DNA from: Chroococcidiopsidaceae cyanobacterium YX2bin18
Lineage (GTDB): Bacteria > Cyanobacteriota > Cyanobacteriia > Cyanobacteriales > Chroococcidiopsidaceae
Length of the DNA: 64,000 nucleotides
NCBI GenBank assembly: GCA_030446505.1
Contig: JAUJND010000004.1
Location: 9,099 to 73,098 of the forward strand
Direction of reading: 5' to 3'
Both the position numbers and the translations under genes were made by a program. A model generated the notes under the pieces. That model was not told where the DNA came from, did not search any database, and saw only the letters and a list, made by a program, of their open reading frames with translations. Positions 48,257 through 58,624 of this stretch are shown in pieces (position 1 is the stretch's first letter; every line of letters begins with the position of its first letter).

Positions 48257-49867
48257 ATGCACAATCAAATGCTTAATTGGGGTGATTCAAAAAACTCAAC
48301 TCGCCGTGCTGACAGTAGGGTTGAAGCGCTATGGATTCTAGGGCTGCTACTCGCGGCAGTTATCCTGTTTAGCATTAATCTTGGTGGACTGCCGCTACGA
48401 GATTGGGATGAAGGTACTGTGGCACAGGTTGCCCGTGAAATCTGGCGTAGTCCAGCCGATTCCCTATGCTGGCTTTACCCGACATTAGGGGGTGAACCTT
48501 ATCTGAATAAGCCGCCCTTGATGCATCTGCTAATTGCTTTTGCCTACTCAATCGGTGGTGTAAATGAGTGGACATCGCGCTTACCAGGGGCAATGTTAAC
48601 CGCTATTTCTGTGCCGCTACTGTATTGTATTGGTCGAGAAATCTTCCCTCAACGCACTCCAGCTCTTTTCTCAGCCTTGGTTTACCTAACTTTGCTCCCA
48701 GTGGTACGTCATGGGCGACTGGCGATGCTAGATGGAGCGGTGGTATGTTTCTTTCTATTGATGATTTGGTGTTTATTGCGATCGCGCCGCAATCTCTGCT
48801 ACTGCTTAGGCGTAGGCATTGGGTTTGGGCTGATTTGTTTAACAAAGGGAATTTTAGGAATATTACTAGGGGCGATCGCGCTTTTGTTTCTCCTCTGGGA
48901 TACGCCGCGATTACTTACTAGCTGGTATCTATGGTTAGGAATTTTGATCGGTACTGCGCCCGTAGCTTTGTGGTACACAGCCCAATGGCAACACTATGGT
49001 CAGTCTTTCACCGATACTGGCATTGTGAATCAATCCTTCAGCCGGATTTGGGCAGCAGTTGAAGATCATGCTGGACCACCCTGGTATTACATTTTAGAAA
49101 TACTGAAGTATGCGTGTCCTTGGCTACTGTTTTTACCGCAAGGTTTGAGACTAGCTTGGGAAAACCGCAACCTTAGCTGGGCAAAGCTTGTGTTGGTGTG
49201 GACTAGCGGTTATCTACTGACGATTTCAATCATGGGAACTAAACTTCCCTGGTACGTCTTCCCTATTTACCCAGCTATTGCCTTGGTTGTGGGAGTGCAA
49301 CTAGCCCAAGTATGGAATTTGCCGCGTCCAACATCTTATCCCCGCGCCTGGGTTGCGTTTTTGGCACTAATGGCTGTGGTGGCTACAGTCGGTAGCCTTT
49401 ACTTTATTTGGAGTCCCGCCTCAGATTCGGAGTTACAGCTGATTTTGGCAGCGGCGGCTGGAACAATGACTTTGGCAACTATTTTAGCAGTGCAAGGCGA
49501 TCGCCAATTTCTCCTGATTTTGGTTTGGGGTATGTATGTCTCACTGCTATTGCTGATGACTTCTAAGCATTGGGTTTGGGAGTTGGCAGAAGCCTATCCG
49601 GTTAAACCAGTAGCTGCAATGATCCAAACTAATACTCCAGCTAATCAGAAGATTTACACATCCTATCCCTACGGTCGTCCTTCCTTGAATTTTTATAGCG
49701 ATCGCCAAATTATTCCAGCTAGTACCAATCTTCAAAATTACTGGCAACAGCAACAACCCTATCTCCTGCTTGATCAATCTACATTTGACAACTTGACACT
49801 AAACTCTGTGAAACAGGTTGGTACAGCCGCAGGTTGGACACTGATTACAAAAGCAAGTAGAGAGTAG
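48257..49867 (+). CDS. GT39/ArnT-like dolichyl-phosphate-mannose-protein mannosyltransferase family glycosyltransferase
   Basis: 536-aa polytopic ORF. The N-terminal loop LRDWDEGTVAQVAREI and YLNKPPLMHLLIA is typical of ArnT/PMT_2 proteins. Confidence 0.75.
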   Translation: MHNQMLNWGDSKNSTRRADSRVEALWILGLLLAAVILFSINLGGLPLRDWDEGTVAQVAREIWRSPADSLCWLYPTLGGEPYLNKPPLMHLLIAFAYSIGGVNEWTSRLPGAMLTAISVPLLYCIGREIFPQRTPALFSALVYLTLLPVVRHGRLAMLDGAVVCFFLLMIWCLLRSRRNLCYCLGVGIGFGLICLTKGILGILLGAIALLFLLWDTPRLLTSWYLWLGILIGTAPVALWYTAQWQHYGQSFTDTGIVNQSFSRIWAAVEDHAGPPWYYILEILKYACPWLLFLPQGLRLAWENRNLSWAKLVLVWTSGYLLTISIMGTKLPWYVFPIYPAIALVVGVQLAQVWNLPRPTSYPRAWVAFLALMAVVATVGSLYFIWSPASDSELQLILAAAAGTMTLATILAVQGDRQFLLILVWGMYVSLLLLMTSKHWVWELAEAYPVKPVAAMIQTNTPANQKIYTSYPYGRPSLNFYSDRQIIPASTNLQNYWQQQQPYLLLDQSTFDNLTLNSVKQVGTAAGWTLITKASRE

Positions 49868-49887
49868 GGTTAGATCTTATTTCCTCT

Positions 49888-50292
49888 TCAAGATTTTTCC
49901 GGTGGGTTTACTATATCTGTAACTTGTTCTAATAATCCCTCAAAAGGTTTCTGCTGAGGGTTTAAGCTTTCCATAGTGAGCACACTAACACCAAGGAGAA
50001 TAGCACTTCCTACAGCAATAATTACGGCAGGACGCTTAAAGATCCCGAAGTCACGGACAATCCTTGCCCAAGGTCTGCTTTCGCGGCGTAATACATGGGC
50101 GATCATTACCTGTTTACAGTTATGAGGATCACGGACGTAATGACCACTCCAGCTAACCACCAGGCGTTCCTGGCAATATGGACACGTAAATAGTCCATTG
50201 CACATCTTGAACGGCTTTAAGTTGCCGGTTCGTTGGCAAATTGGGCAAGTAACAGAATGATTACCAAAGGTGTGAGTGTTCATCAGCGTCAA
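49888..50292 (-). CDS. Hypothetical zinc-ribbon protein with one TM segment
   Basis: 134 aa; CPICQ...CPYCQ pair followed by the hydrophobic helix AVIIAVGSAILLGVSVL. Confidence 0.5.
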   Translation of the reverse strand: MTLMNTHTFGNHSVTCPICQRTGNLKPFKMCNGLFTCPYCQERLVVSWSGHYVRDPHNCKQVMIAHVLRRESRPWARIVRDFGIFKRPAVIIAVGSAILLGVSVLTMESLNPQQKPFEGLLEQVTDIVNPPEKS

Positions 50293-50525
50293 CCTAGTTC
50301 ACTTATTCGCTCTACTACAGAGCTATATGGGTTTGATTAAAAGTTCCTGCGTTTCTCCCTAACTTTAGTTTGCCCATTTTTAAATTAAAAAATACATATT
50401 AGCTGGCATCCTCATATAAATTAATGCTTTTAACTCAGTCTAGCTAAAGCCTCCAGTCCAATTTTTGTCCGTTGTCTCTTTTATGGTAAAGGGTGGGTAA
50501 AGTGACCTTTGGGCAATGACCAAAG

Positions 50526-50863
50526 AGGAAGGGGGGACAAGGAGACAAGGGGACAAGGGGGGGAAGATTGATCAAGCCCCCGACAAATGGTCTCAAGCCA
50601 AGCGAGCTTTCGGGAAAGAAGCTTCTTTCCCGAAACGTCGCGCCCCGACTTTAGCCGTGGAGAGAAAGAAAAGAATTGTGCCGAGGCACACAGTGCGCTG
50701 TTTTTTGGGGCAAATACTTTGTCCCCTTGGTCTCCTGAATTTCACTCCAGGAGCTGCAAGGACTTCACGCCAAAATAACAGCATGAGCTACAAAGCGTCA
50801 TTGTTACAGGTTCCCCTACTTTCAAGTGCCGGGTTTCTTTGTCCTTGTCCCCTTGTCCTCTTC
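50526..50863. repeat. Octamer-armed inverted-repeat element (MITE-like), copy 2, possibly composite
   Basis: G-rich arm gaggaaggggggacaaggagacaaggggacaaggggggg (50526..50563). C-rich arms ttgtccccttggtctcc (about 50718..50737) and tttgtccttgtccccttgtcctcttc (50838..50863). The core shares TAGGGGAACCTGT (50818..50806, minus) and two further blocks with copy 1. Internal 28-bp perfect palindrome at 50608..50635. Confidence 0.7.
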
Positions 50864-51040
50864 TGTGACAAGGCTAATGGTTAGGTAATGCTGCAATTGC
50901 TCTTACTCTCATAATCTAAATTTTCTCAGTGACTGGTTTAAGCAAAGCTGATTAAATCTAGATCCAACTTAACTTGTCCGGTTGTTGAAAGATCAATCAA
51001 AATGAAAAGTAAGATATAAAAATTTAACTTTTTTCTCACA

Positions 51041-53017
51041 TTGCTCCCGCCTTTTAATAACTGCCACTTGCCTCCTATTCCTCAAGCGGATTCCGACTTC
51101 CCCCAATCCTCAGACCCTACTGAGTTAAAGAAGCTGCCGGAAACACCCATACTTCCGACTCCTTCCGCTGATCTAACCCGCCTGCTTAACCGTTTTCAGC
51201 CATCCCCAGAAAGTGTTGTTTTGCTTTTAGCCCTACTGATTGGCGGCAGCACTGGCATAGCTATAGTAACTTTTCACTATTTGATCGAGCTAGTTCACCA
51301 GTTAATGCTGGAGGATTTGATGGGAGTGATTTCAGTTTGGGGAGCTTGGACTTTAGCCTGTATTCCCACTTTAGGAGGTTTAATCGTTGGCTTAATGCGC
51401 GGCGCAAAGCAAGACTTTGGACCTGGGCTTTCCTCATTAATTGCAGCTGCCCAAGGAGGCGCAGCACGGCATTGGTCACCCCGACCAGTTACGAAGATGG
51501 TAGCAGCATCGGTTTCCTTGGGCAGTGGTGCTTCTTTGGGTCCAGAGGGACCGAGTGTGGAAATTGGGGCGAATTTTGGGATGTTATTGGGTCAAGTGCT
51601 GCAAATGTCTCAAGAGCGGCAACGCTTGCTTTTAGGAGCAGGGGCTGCTGCTGGCTTGGCAGCTGGATTTAATGCCCCGATCGCTGGGGTTTTCTTTGCC
51701 CTAGAGGTGGTGTTGGGTACCACATTTGCAACTTCAGCGGTAAGTGTGGTGCTGCTGGCGGCGGTGGTAGCGGCGTTGATTGCTCAAATTGGCTTGGGAG
51801 GACAACCTGCCTTTACTCTCCCTGTTTACGAAGTCCGCAGTCCGCTGGAATTTCCTTTATATATGGGATTAGGTATTGCTGCCAGTCTAGTTTCTATTAC
51901 TTATACCAAGTCACTGCGGCTGGCAAGAGCTTGCTTTGAAGGTGAAGTTCCAGGTTTTCGCTGGCTGATGCAAATACCGCCATACATTCATCCTGTAATT
52001 GGTGGAGCCTGTGTTGGTGGAGTTGCGGTGCAATGGCCGCAAGTCTTGGGCATTGGTTATGAAACCATCGAAGCGATGCTGCAAGATGTGAAGTTTTCCT
52101 TGCAACTTTTGGTTTTGCTGCTGGTAATTAAGCTAGTGATGACGGCAATTAGCCTGGGTAGTGGTTTAGTGGGCGGTGTTTTTGCACCAGCAATGTTTCT
52201 AGGTGCTTCTTTAGGAGCGGCTTATGGAAAAATCATAGCGACACTTATCCCCTCATTAAGTGAATATATGGCTGCTCCTCCCGCTTACGCGATGGTAGGA
52301 ATGGCTGCGGTTTTAGCTGCAAGTGCCAGAGCACCTCTGACAGCAATTTTATTACTGTTTGAGTTAACACGGGACTACCGCATTGTTTTGCCGTTGATGG
52401 CAGCAGTGGGTTTGAGTGTCTGGCTGGTGGAGCGAATGCAGCCGACATCAACTTCAGGCTCGAATTTGCAACAGCTGGTGAATGTAGAAAAGACAGAAAT
52501 TTTGCCGCAAATTTTGGTAGCGGAAGCAATGCATCAGTCTCCGTTGATGTTACCAGCGACATTATCCGTTTTGCAGGCAGGTTTAACAATGACGCGCGAT
52601 CGCTGCCGTAGTGCTTTGGTAATGGATCAAGCACAGCTAGTTGGTATTGTTACTCTTGAGGATATTAACCGCGCTATTTCTGTTTGGGAGTATGCTCTAG
52701 CCAAAGGCGGAACAGATCACGCACCTAACTCCCAACCAGATTCTAATTTACCCTTATCAAAGCTGATTGATATTTGTACTACTGAAATCCTCTACGCTTA
52801 TCCTGATGAACCCTTATCTGAAGCTTTAGCACGAATGGGTGCGCGGGGGTTACATCAGTTACCAGTAGTAGAGCGAGACAACCACGAGTGTGTTTTAGGC
52901 TTGCTAGAACGAGATCAGATTGCCTTAAGCTGTAATATAGCAGCAACACGCAAAGCCCTTTGTCATTATTTACCAGTACCACCAAAAACAGAGGAACTGC
53001 CTCTATCCACTCCTTAA
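51041..53017 (+). CDS. ClC-family chloride channel/transporter with C-terminal CBS pair
   Basis: 658 aa (non-ATG start). Selectivity motifs GSGASLGPEGPSV and GFNAPIAGVFFALE, GGVFAPAMFLG. The C-terminal LVGIVTLEDI and HQLPVVE are typical of CBS domains. Confidence 0.85.
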   Translation: MLPPFNNCHLPPIPQADSDFPQSSDPTELKKLPETPILPTPSADLTRLLNRFQPSPESVVLLLALLIGGSTGIAIVTFHYLIELVHQLMLEDLMGVISVWGAWTLACIPTLGGLIVGLMRGAKQDFGPGLSSLIAAAQGGAARHWSPRPVTKMVAASVSLGSGASLGPEGPSVEIGANFGMLLGQVLQMSQERQRLLLGAGAAAGLAAGFNAPIAGVFFALEVVLGTTFATSAVSVVLLAAVVAALIAQIGLGGQPAFTLPVYEVRSPLEFPLYMGLGIAASLVSITYTKSLRLARACFEGEVPGFRWLMQIPPYIHPVIGGACVGGVAVQWPQVLGIGYETIEAMLQDVKFSLQLLVLLLVIKLVMTAISLGSGLVGGVFAPAMFLGASLGAAYGKIIATLIPSLSEYMAAPPAYAMVGMAAVLAASARAPLTAILLLFELTRDYRIVLPLMAAVGLSVWLVERMQPTSTSGSNLQQLVNVEKTEILPQILVAEAMHQSPLMLPATLSVLQAGLTMTRDRCRSALVMDQAQLVGIVTLEDINRAISVWEYALAKGGTDHAPNSQPDSNLPLSKLIDICTTEILYAYPDEPLSEALARMGARGLHQLPVVERDNHECVLGLLERDQIALSCNIAATRKALCHYLPVPPKTEELPLSTP

Positions 53018-53128
53018 AAATCAATCTTCTAGGAGCAGAATACAAATTTGAGAATAAAGAATGGAGCAATTTTTCATTATTCTCCATCCTTTATTTTCTA
53101 GAATTAAAGTTATTCTTACCCTGACATA

Positions 53129-53536
53129 TCAAGCTGTTGCTTCGACTTCTGCAAGTTCGTCTTCACCTAGTTGCTTTAGACGAATGTGTTTACGACCTAA
53201 AGTAATTTCAAACTCATCCCCAGGCTTTAAGCCCATCTGTTTTGTATAAGCTGAGCCGATCAGTAAGTTTCCATTTGACTGCACACTAATCCGAAAGCTA
53301 GCACTGCGTCCTCCACGCCCATTCGCATTTGGAGTGCTGTCTAACTCAATGCCTTCTGCATCAATCAGGGCATTTAGAAACTTCATCATATTGACGCGCT
53401 CGACACCATTTTTGGTCTTGGTATAGTAGCCGCAGGCTTTAGCCTTTTCTTCTTTACTTAAAGTTTCTTGCTCTTTGACTTTCTTAATGAGTTCGTCACC
53501 GACTAGCGGCTCCATCTTTTTTGTTTTTGACATCAA
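53129..53536 (-). CDS. Cyanobacterial AbrB-like (cyAbrB/CalA-type) transcriptional regulator
   Basis: 135 aa. N-terminal KACGYYTKTKNGVERVNMMKFLNALIDAEG and the C-terminal SpoVT/AbrB swapped-hairpin block GNLLIGSAYTKQMGLKPGDEFEITLGRKHIRLKQ. Confidence 0.8.
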   Translation of the reverse strand: MMSKTKKMEPLVGDELIKKVKEQETLSKEEKAKACGYYTKTKNGVERVNMMKFLNALIDAEGIELDSTPNANGRGGRSASFRISVQSNGNLLIGSAYTKQMGLKPGDEFEITLGRKHIRLKQLGEDELAEVEATA

Positions 53537-54077
53537 CTTAGGTAGAAAACGAATGGATTAAGTGGTTGACTGAATTATATCTTAGCTTAGCAAAATCCTA
53601 GCTTATTAACGCTCTTAGTCAATATGTCTTAGATTTATATCAGCTTAGCAAACTATATTACACTAATTAGGATAACTGTTTAACCACTATCAACATCATT
53701 AATCTCTTGCAATCTGTCGTAAACAGTATTAGGACATGATAATTATCTAGAGTTTGTAAATCCTTGATACACTTTAATTGTTTGAGTTACCTAAAACGCA
53801 TCACTAACCTAACTACTGACTGCACGCTTAATCCTAATTGAGGCTGGAACCTGACTAAGATTCAAATCCAGTAGGCGAAAAAAACTTTAAGCGTAGTGTG
53901 TTTATCTTAAAAAAGAGTATTCTCTACTTCGACTAAACACTTGATGAGACTCCGGCTTCTAAGAGTCAAGCAATGGGAATATTTAAGGAGTATTGTCAGT
54001 AGTTGGATGCGATCGCTCTTTCCAGCTGGAATTGATTAAAGTAACTCGCTTCTATAATTTCTGACTATCAGCATTGA

Positions 54078-54521
54078 ATGAAACTAACAACACGTGGACA
54101 CTATAGTGTTAAAGCATTGCTTGATTTAAGCTTACAGCAGGAGTATGGACCTGTATCTGTAAAAGTAATCGCAACTCGCCAAGATATTCCCGCTCCTTAT
54201 CTAGAAAAACTGCTGATTGAAATGCGCCGCGCTGGGCTAGTTCAATCAATTCGCGGAAGTATGGGCGGATATAAATTAGCGCGATCGCCTGCACAAATTT
54301 CTTTAGGACAGATATTAGAGGCGGTGGGCGAAACAATTGAACCTTTACCTCACCACAATCCAGCGCAATCACAAGCAGAAGATTGGGTAACTTTTACGCT
54401 TTGGCAACGGTTGCATCAAAAGCTTAAAGAAGCGTTATACAGTATTACCCTAGCAGACCTTTATTATGATGCCCGTAGTTGGCAAGCATCTCTTGGAGAG
54501 GCAACGAGTTTTGTTGTTTAA
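54078..54521 (+). CDS. Rrf2-family transcriptional regulator
   Basis: 147 aa; MKLTTRGHYSVKALLDL, IPAPYLEKLL, LVQSIRGSMGGYKLAR. Confidence 0.85.
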   Translation: MKLTTRGHYSVKALLDLSLQQEYGPVSVKVIATRQDIPAPYLEKLLIEMRRAGLVQSIRGSMGGYKLARSPAQISLGQILEAVGETIEPLPHHNPAQSQAEDWVTFTLWQRLHQKLKEALYSITLADLYYDARSWQASLGEATSFVV

Positions 54522-55549
54522 AAGAGGAGCCATTGGTTATTAGTCATTGGTTATTAGTAAATGACTCCGGACAAAGGATAGTTGTTTTAATCATTGCTGC
54601 GATTCTGGATTACTTCATTGGTGATCCCTGGGGTTGGCCTCATCCAGTTCGAGTTATGGGCTGGGTAATTTCTTGCTTTAGCAAATTTGCCTTTATCCAT
54701 TTTCACCGTCCGCTAACACAACGTTGGGCTGGAATAGGATTAGGTATTGGACTGGTGGGAGGTAGTGGCTTATTAGGATGGTTAATTATTCGTAGTGCTT
54801 GGCTGCATCCGCTACTGGGGATTACTGTAGAGAGCATTTTACTAGCCAGTTGTTTTGCTGGAAGAAGTTTAAGAGCAGCAGCTGAAGCCGTTTTACAGCC
54901 CTTAATAGTTGGCAATTTGAGTCAGGCTAGTTCTAGTTTAAGCCTTTATGTCGGTAGGGATACAGAGAACCTTTCAGAATCAGAAATCTTGCGAGCAATT
55001 TTAGAAACGGTAACGGAAAATGCTACAGATGGAGTGATGGCTCCTTTGTTCTATTACGTGGCTGGGGTATTCGTGCCAACTATAGGCGTTCCTCTAGCTC
55101 TTGCTTATAAAGCCGCAAGTACCCTGGATTCTATGGTTGGCTATCGGGAAGCGCCGTATACTGATTTAGGCTGGTTTAGTGCGCGGCTGGAGGATAAGCT
55201 AACGTGGTTACCCTGTCGCTTAACCGTGATAACTCTAGCGCTTCTGTCTGGTAAACCACAGCACGTTTGGAGAATTTGCTGTCGGGATGCAATCAAAGAT
55301 CCTAGCCCTAATTCTGGCTGGAGTGAGTGTGCCTATGCAGCGGTGCTAGGTGTCCAATTAGGGGGTACAAACTGGTATCGTGGGGTTGCCAAGCACAAAC
55401 CATTACTGGGAGATCCAATTAATCCAATTACGCCAGCGCGAATTCAGCAAGCTTTACAGTTGACTCGCTATTGCTTTTTGATTTGGCTAGGGGTGGCGTT
55501 AGCCCTAAGCGGAGGTTCATCTCTCATTGCATTTCTATTAGTAATTTGA
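54479..55549 (+). CDS. cobD: Adenosylcobinamide-phosphate synthase CobD/CbiB; start uncertain (probably an internal TTG/GTG near 54530)
   Basis: ILDYFIGDPWGWPHPVRVMG, VTENATDGVMAPLFY, YKAASTLDSMVGY, PNSGWSE. Confidence 0.8.
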   Translation: MASISWRGNEFCCLKEEPLVISHWLLVNDSGQRIVVLIIAAILDYFIGDPWGWPHPVRVMGWVISCFSKFAFIHFHRPLTQRWAGIGLGIGLVGGSGLLGWLIIRSAWLHPLLGITVESILLASCFAGRSLRAAAEAVLQPLIVGNLSQASSSLSLYVGRDTENLSESEILRAILETVTENATDGVMAPLFYYVAGVFVPTIGVPLALAYKAASTLDSMVGYREAPYTDLGWFSARLEDKLTWLPCRLTVITLALLSGKPQHVWRICCRDAIKDPSPNSGWSECAYAAVLGVQLGGTNWYRGVAKHKPLLGDPINPITPARIQQALQLTRYCFLIWLGVALALSGGSSLIAFLLVI

Positions 55550-55592
55550 ACCGTCAGAGCGATAAGGAAAGTTTTAAGTTAGGGTTATAACT

Positions 55593-56129
55593 ATGGTTGC
55601 TAAAGTAGTTGAAATTTTATCACCTGAAGAAATCCGTCGTACTCTGACTCGCCTTGCTTCGCAGGTTGTAGAGCGATCGCGTGACCTATCATCACTAGTA
55701 ATTTTAGGTATTTATACGAGAGGTGTTTTCTTAGCTCAATTGTTGGCGCGTCAAATCGAAGTCTTAGAAGGAGTATCAGTACCAGTAGGAGCATTAGATA
55801 TTACGTTCTACCGGGACGACTTGGATCGAATCAGTGTGCGAACGCCAGCTAAAACAGAAATTCCCTTTGATCTAAGCGGCAAGACGATTTTGCTTGTAGA
55901 TGATGTAATTTACAAAGGACGTACGATTAGAGCCGCATTGAATGCAGTAAACGAGTACGGTAGACCATCAACAATTTGGTTAGCTGTACTTGTTGATCGT
56001 GGTCATCGGGAGTTACCAATTCACCCAGATTTTACTGGTAAAAAACTGCCCACTGCTAAGGAAGAACAAGTTAAAGTTTACTTGCAGGATTTGGATGGAC
56101 GGGATGCGGTGGAATTGATTGGTGATTAG
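55593..56129 (+). CDS. pyrR: Bifunctional pyrimidine operon regulator / uracil phosphoribosyltransferase PyrR
   Basis: 178 aa; [19 protein letters not shown] and the PRPP-binding motif [18 protein letters not shown]. Confidence 0.9.
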   Translation: MVAKVVEILSPEEIRRTLTRLASQVVERSRDLSSLVILGIYTRGVFLAQLLARQIEVLEGVSVPVGALDITFYRDDLDRISVRTPAKTEIPFDLSGKTILLVDDVIYKGRTIRAALNAVNEYGRPSTIWLAVLVDRGHRELPIHPDFTGKKLPTAKEEQVKVYLQDLDGRDAVELIGD

Positions 56130-56155
56130 TTTTAGATGGAATTTGAGGAGCGTAA

Positions 56156-56383
56156 CTAGCTTTCTTCCATAATCCTCACTACCTGATAATATTGCTCAAC
56201 TATATTATTATCGTGTCCAGCTTTTGGAATCAGGAGCAACTGCTTAGGCGCTAAAGCAGCACTAAATAAGATGGATGCTCCTGAGCGCAAAGAAATTTTA
56301 GGAGCACGAATGCCATAAATTAAGAGAACTGGTGTTTGGCCAAAGCTAGTTTTTTGGCAAGATTGGTTAGAGTTAATTTTCAT
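56156..56383 (-). pseudogene. C-terminal remnant of an alpha/beta hydrolase
   Basis: The PVLLIYG...KQLLLIPKAGHDN block (catalytic His region) is present, but there is no room for the nucleophile-elbow part upstream. Confidence 0.45.
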
Positions 56384-56522
56384 GCCCTAACTGTTTTAAC
56401 CAAGCTAAACTTAATGAGATTATCGCTGCGCTATAAATATTTTGGCAATAGGGCTGCTTTCAGCGGCACACTATTACAAGTAAAACGTATAAAACGAGTA
56501 TTACAGCATTAACACCCAATCT

Positions 56523-58046
56523 ATGCAGACTCTTGAAAAAATTCATCCGAAACTGCAAGAACTGAAAACCAGTCTTACAGAAATTAACGATCTTGAATCA
56601 GCCGCCGCACTACTCTACTGGGATCAGGCAACCTATATGCCTGATGGTGGCACAGCAGCGCGTGGACGGCAGATGGCTACTTTGCGACAAATTGCTCACA
56701 CAAAATTTACTGACCCCGCCATAGGACAGCTATTGGAAGATTTACGCGACTACGAAGCTAGCTTACCCTACGACTCTGACAAAGCTAGCCTAATTCGTGT
56801 TACTCGACATGATTATCAAAGAGCCGTAAAAATTCCCCCTTCATTTACAGCTAAATTTTCTTATCATTCTGCTGAATGCTATGAGGCTTGGGCAAAGGCG
56901 CGACCTGCAAATAACTTTGCTGCTGTACAGCCTTACCTGGAAAAAACCCTGGAGCTTAGCCGGGAAATGGCGAACTTCTTTCCAGGCTACGAACATATTG
57001 CTGATCCGCTGATTGAAGATGCTGATTATGGGATGAAGGCAAAGAGTGTGCGAGCGCTATTTGCTCAGTTGCGAGCCGCGCTGGTTCCGATCGTGGATGC
57101 GATCGCATCCCAACCACTTGTCGATGCTTCAGTTTTACACTCCTCTTTTCCAGAAGCCGAGCAAATAGCATTTAGCCTTAAGGTAATTAAACAGTTAGGC
57201 TATGACTTCCAGCGGGGACGACAAGATAAAACACTGCACCCGTTTATGACCAAATTCTCTATTGGCGATGTGCGAATTACCACCCGTGTTAAAGAAAATG
57301 ATCTGAACGAAGGGCTATTTAGCACTATCCATGAAACGGGTCACGCTTTGTACGAGCAAGGCATCAATCGAGAATTTGAAGCTACGCCCCTAGCAACTGG
57401 TACGTCATCTGGTGTCCATGAAAGCCAATCTCGCTTGTGGGAAAACTTTGTTGGGCGTAGCCGCAACTTTTGGCAGTTCTTCTATCCCCAATTACAAGCA
57501 GTGTTCCCTAGCCAGTTAGGTAATGTTTCGCTAGATAAGTTTTATCGGGCAATTAATAAAGTCGAGCGATCGCTGATCCGCACTGATGCTGATGAAGTGA
57601 CCTACAACCTGCACGTCATGATTCGCTTTGATTTAGAATTACAGCTACTAGAAGGCTCTCTAGCAGTTCGCGACCTCCCCGAAGCCTGGAATGAACGTTA
57701 CCGATCTGATTTAGGTATTATCCTGCCCAATGACACTGACGGGGTGTTGCAAGATGTGCATTGGTACGGTGGCATGATTGGCGGGATGTTTCAGGGGTAC
57801 ACATTAGGTAACGTGATGAGCGCCCAATTTTTTGCAGCCGCTGTAAAAGCTAATCCAGAAATTCCGAGCCAAATTGAGAAAGGTGATTTTAATACTCTGC
57901 ATAATTGGCTGAAAGAAAACATTTATCAGCACGGTCGTAAATATACAGCAGCTGAATTAATCGAGCGTGTCACAGGTGGTGTTTTAAGTATTGATCCCTT
58001 TATCAACTATATTCAGCGGAAATATGGAGAACTCTATGCCCTGTAA
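56523..58046 (+). CDS. M32 carboxypeptidase (Taq-type metallocarboxypeptidase)
   Basis: 507 aa; HPF, zinc site HETGHALYEQG, GVHESQSRLWEN, IRTDADEVTYNLH, DVHW. Confidence 0.9.
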   Translation: MQTLEKIHPKLQELKTSLTEINDLESAAALLYWDQATYMPDGGTAARGRQMATLRQIAHTKFTDPAIGQLLEDLRDYEASLPYDSDKASLIRVTRHDYQRAVKIPPSFTAKFSYHSAECYEAWAKARPANNFAAVQPYLEKTLELSREMANFFPGYEHIADPLIEDADYGMKAKSVRALFAQLRAALVPIVDAIASQPLVDASVLHSSFPEAEQIAFSLKVIKQLGYDFQRGRQDKTLHPFMTKFSIGDVRITTRVKENDLNEGLFSTIHETGHALYEQGINREFEATPLATGTSSGVHESQSRLWENFVGRSRNFWQFFYPQLQAVFPSQLGNVSLDKFYRAINKVERSLIRTDADEVTYNLHVMIRFDLELQLLEGSLAVRDLPEAWNERYRSDLGIILPNDTDGVLQDVHWYGGMIGGMFQGYTLGNVMSAQFFAAAVKANPEIPSQIEKGDFNTLHNWLKENIYQHGRKYTAAELIERVTGGVLSIDPFINYIQRKYGELYAL

Positions 58047-58624
58047 TGTTTGTCTAAAAGGAAATAGATCTAAATTTCTAGTATAAATGTAAGGGTATTT
58101 CTAGCACAAATCTCTTTTTTGAGCTACGGTAAATTTACCAGATTAAAGTAAATTTGAGGTACAAAAACTGGTTGAGTCTTCAGTGGCAAAAAAGGTTGTA
58201 GAGTCATACTCCTAAGTCCAGTATGTGTACTTTAAGCGGCGCTTTATTGGCATCAAACTTGCGTATATTGCTATATTGGGCAATGCATCTTTACTCTAAA
58301 AATGTTTACATTTGTAGGTAAGGCAAGGAATGTCACGCTGCTTCCCAGAGGCAAAAGACCTTGTATAACCTCCTTCCAAGACGAATTGCTGCGATCGCTT
58401 ACCTTAAATTTCCTGAGAAAAATTCTGGATAATATACCGTGCTTTATGCCCGTTAAAACTCACACGTCAGATGCACGAAACAATTGAAGTTTTACACTTT
58501 TCTTTTACACAAACTAGAAAGTACAGCAAGAGAAAGGCTAGTAATTAAAAGAGAAATTGTTAACTCAGTAAAACTTTGTAACTTAGTAGTCATAATATTT
58601 ATTAATTTCCCTTAAGGAGTTGCC

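Noticed and set aside
50516-50884. 122-aa ORF MTKEEGGTRRQGDKGGK... and overlapping 63-aa ORFs
   Set aside because: It is generated by reading through the G-rich/C-rich repeat arms and the 28-bp palindrome of a repeat element. The composition is low-complexity and there is no homologous signal.
58128-58139. Perfect palindrome GGTAAATTTACC upstream of sucrose synthase as an NtcA site
   Set aside because: The NtcA consensus is GTA-N8-TAC, whereas here the spacing is N4. It is also about 490 nt from the start codon.
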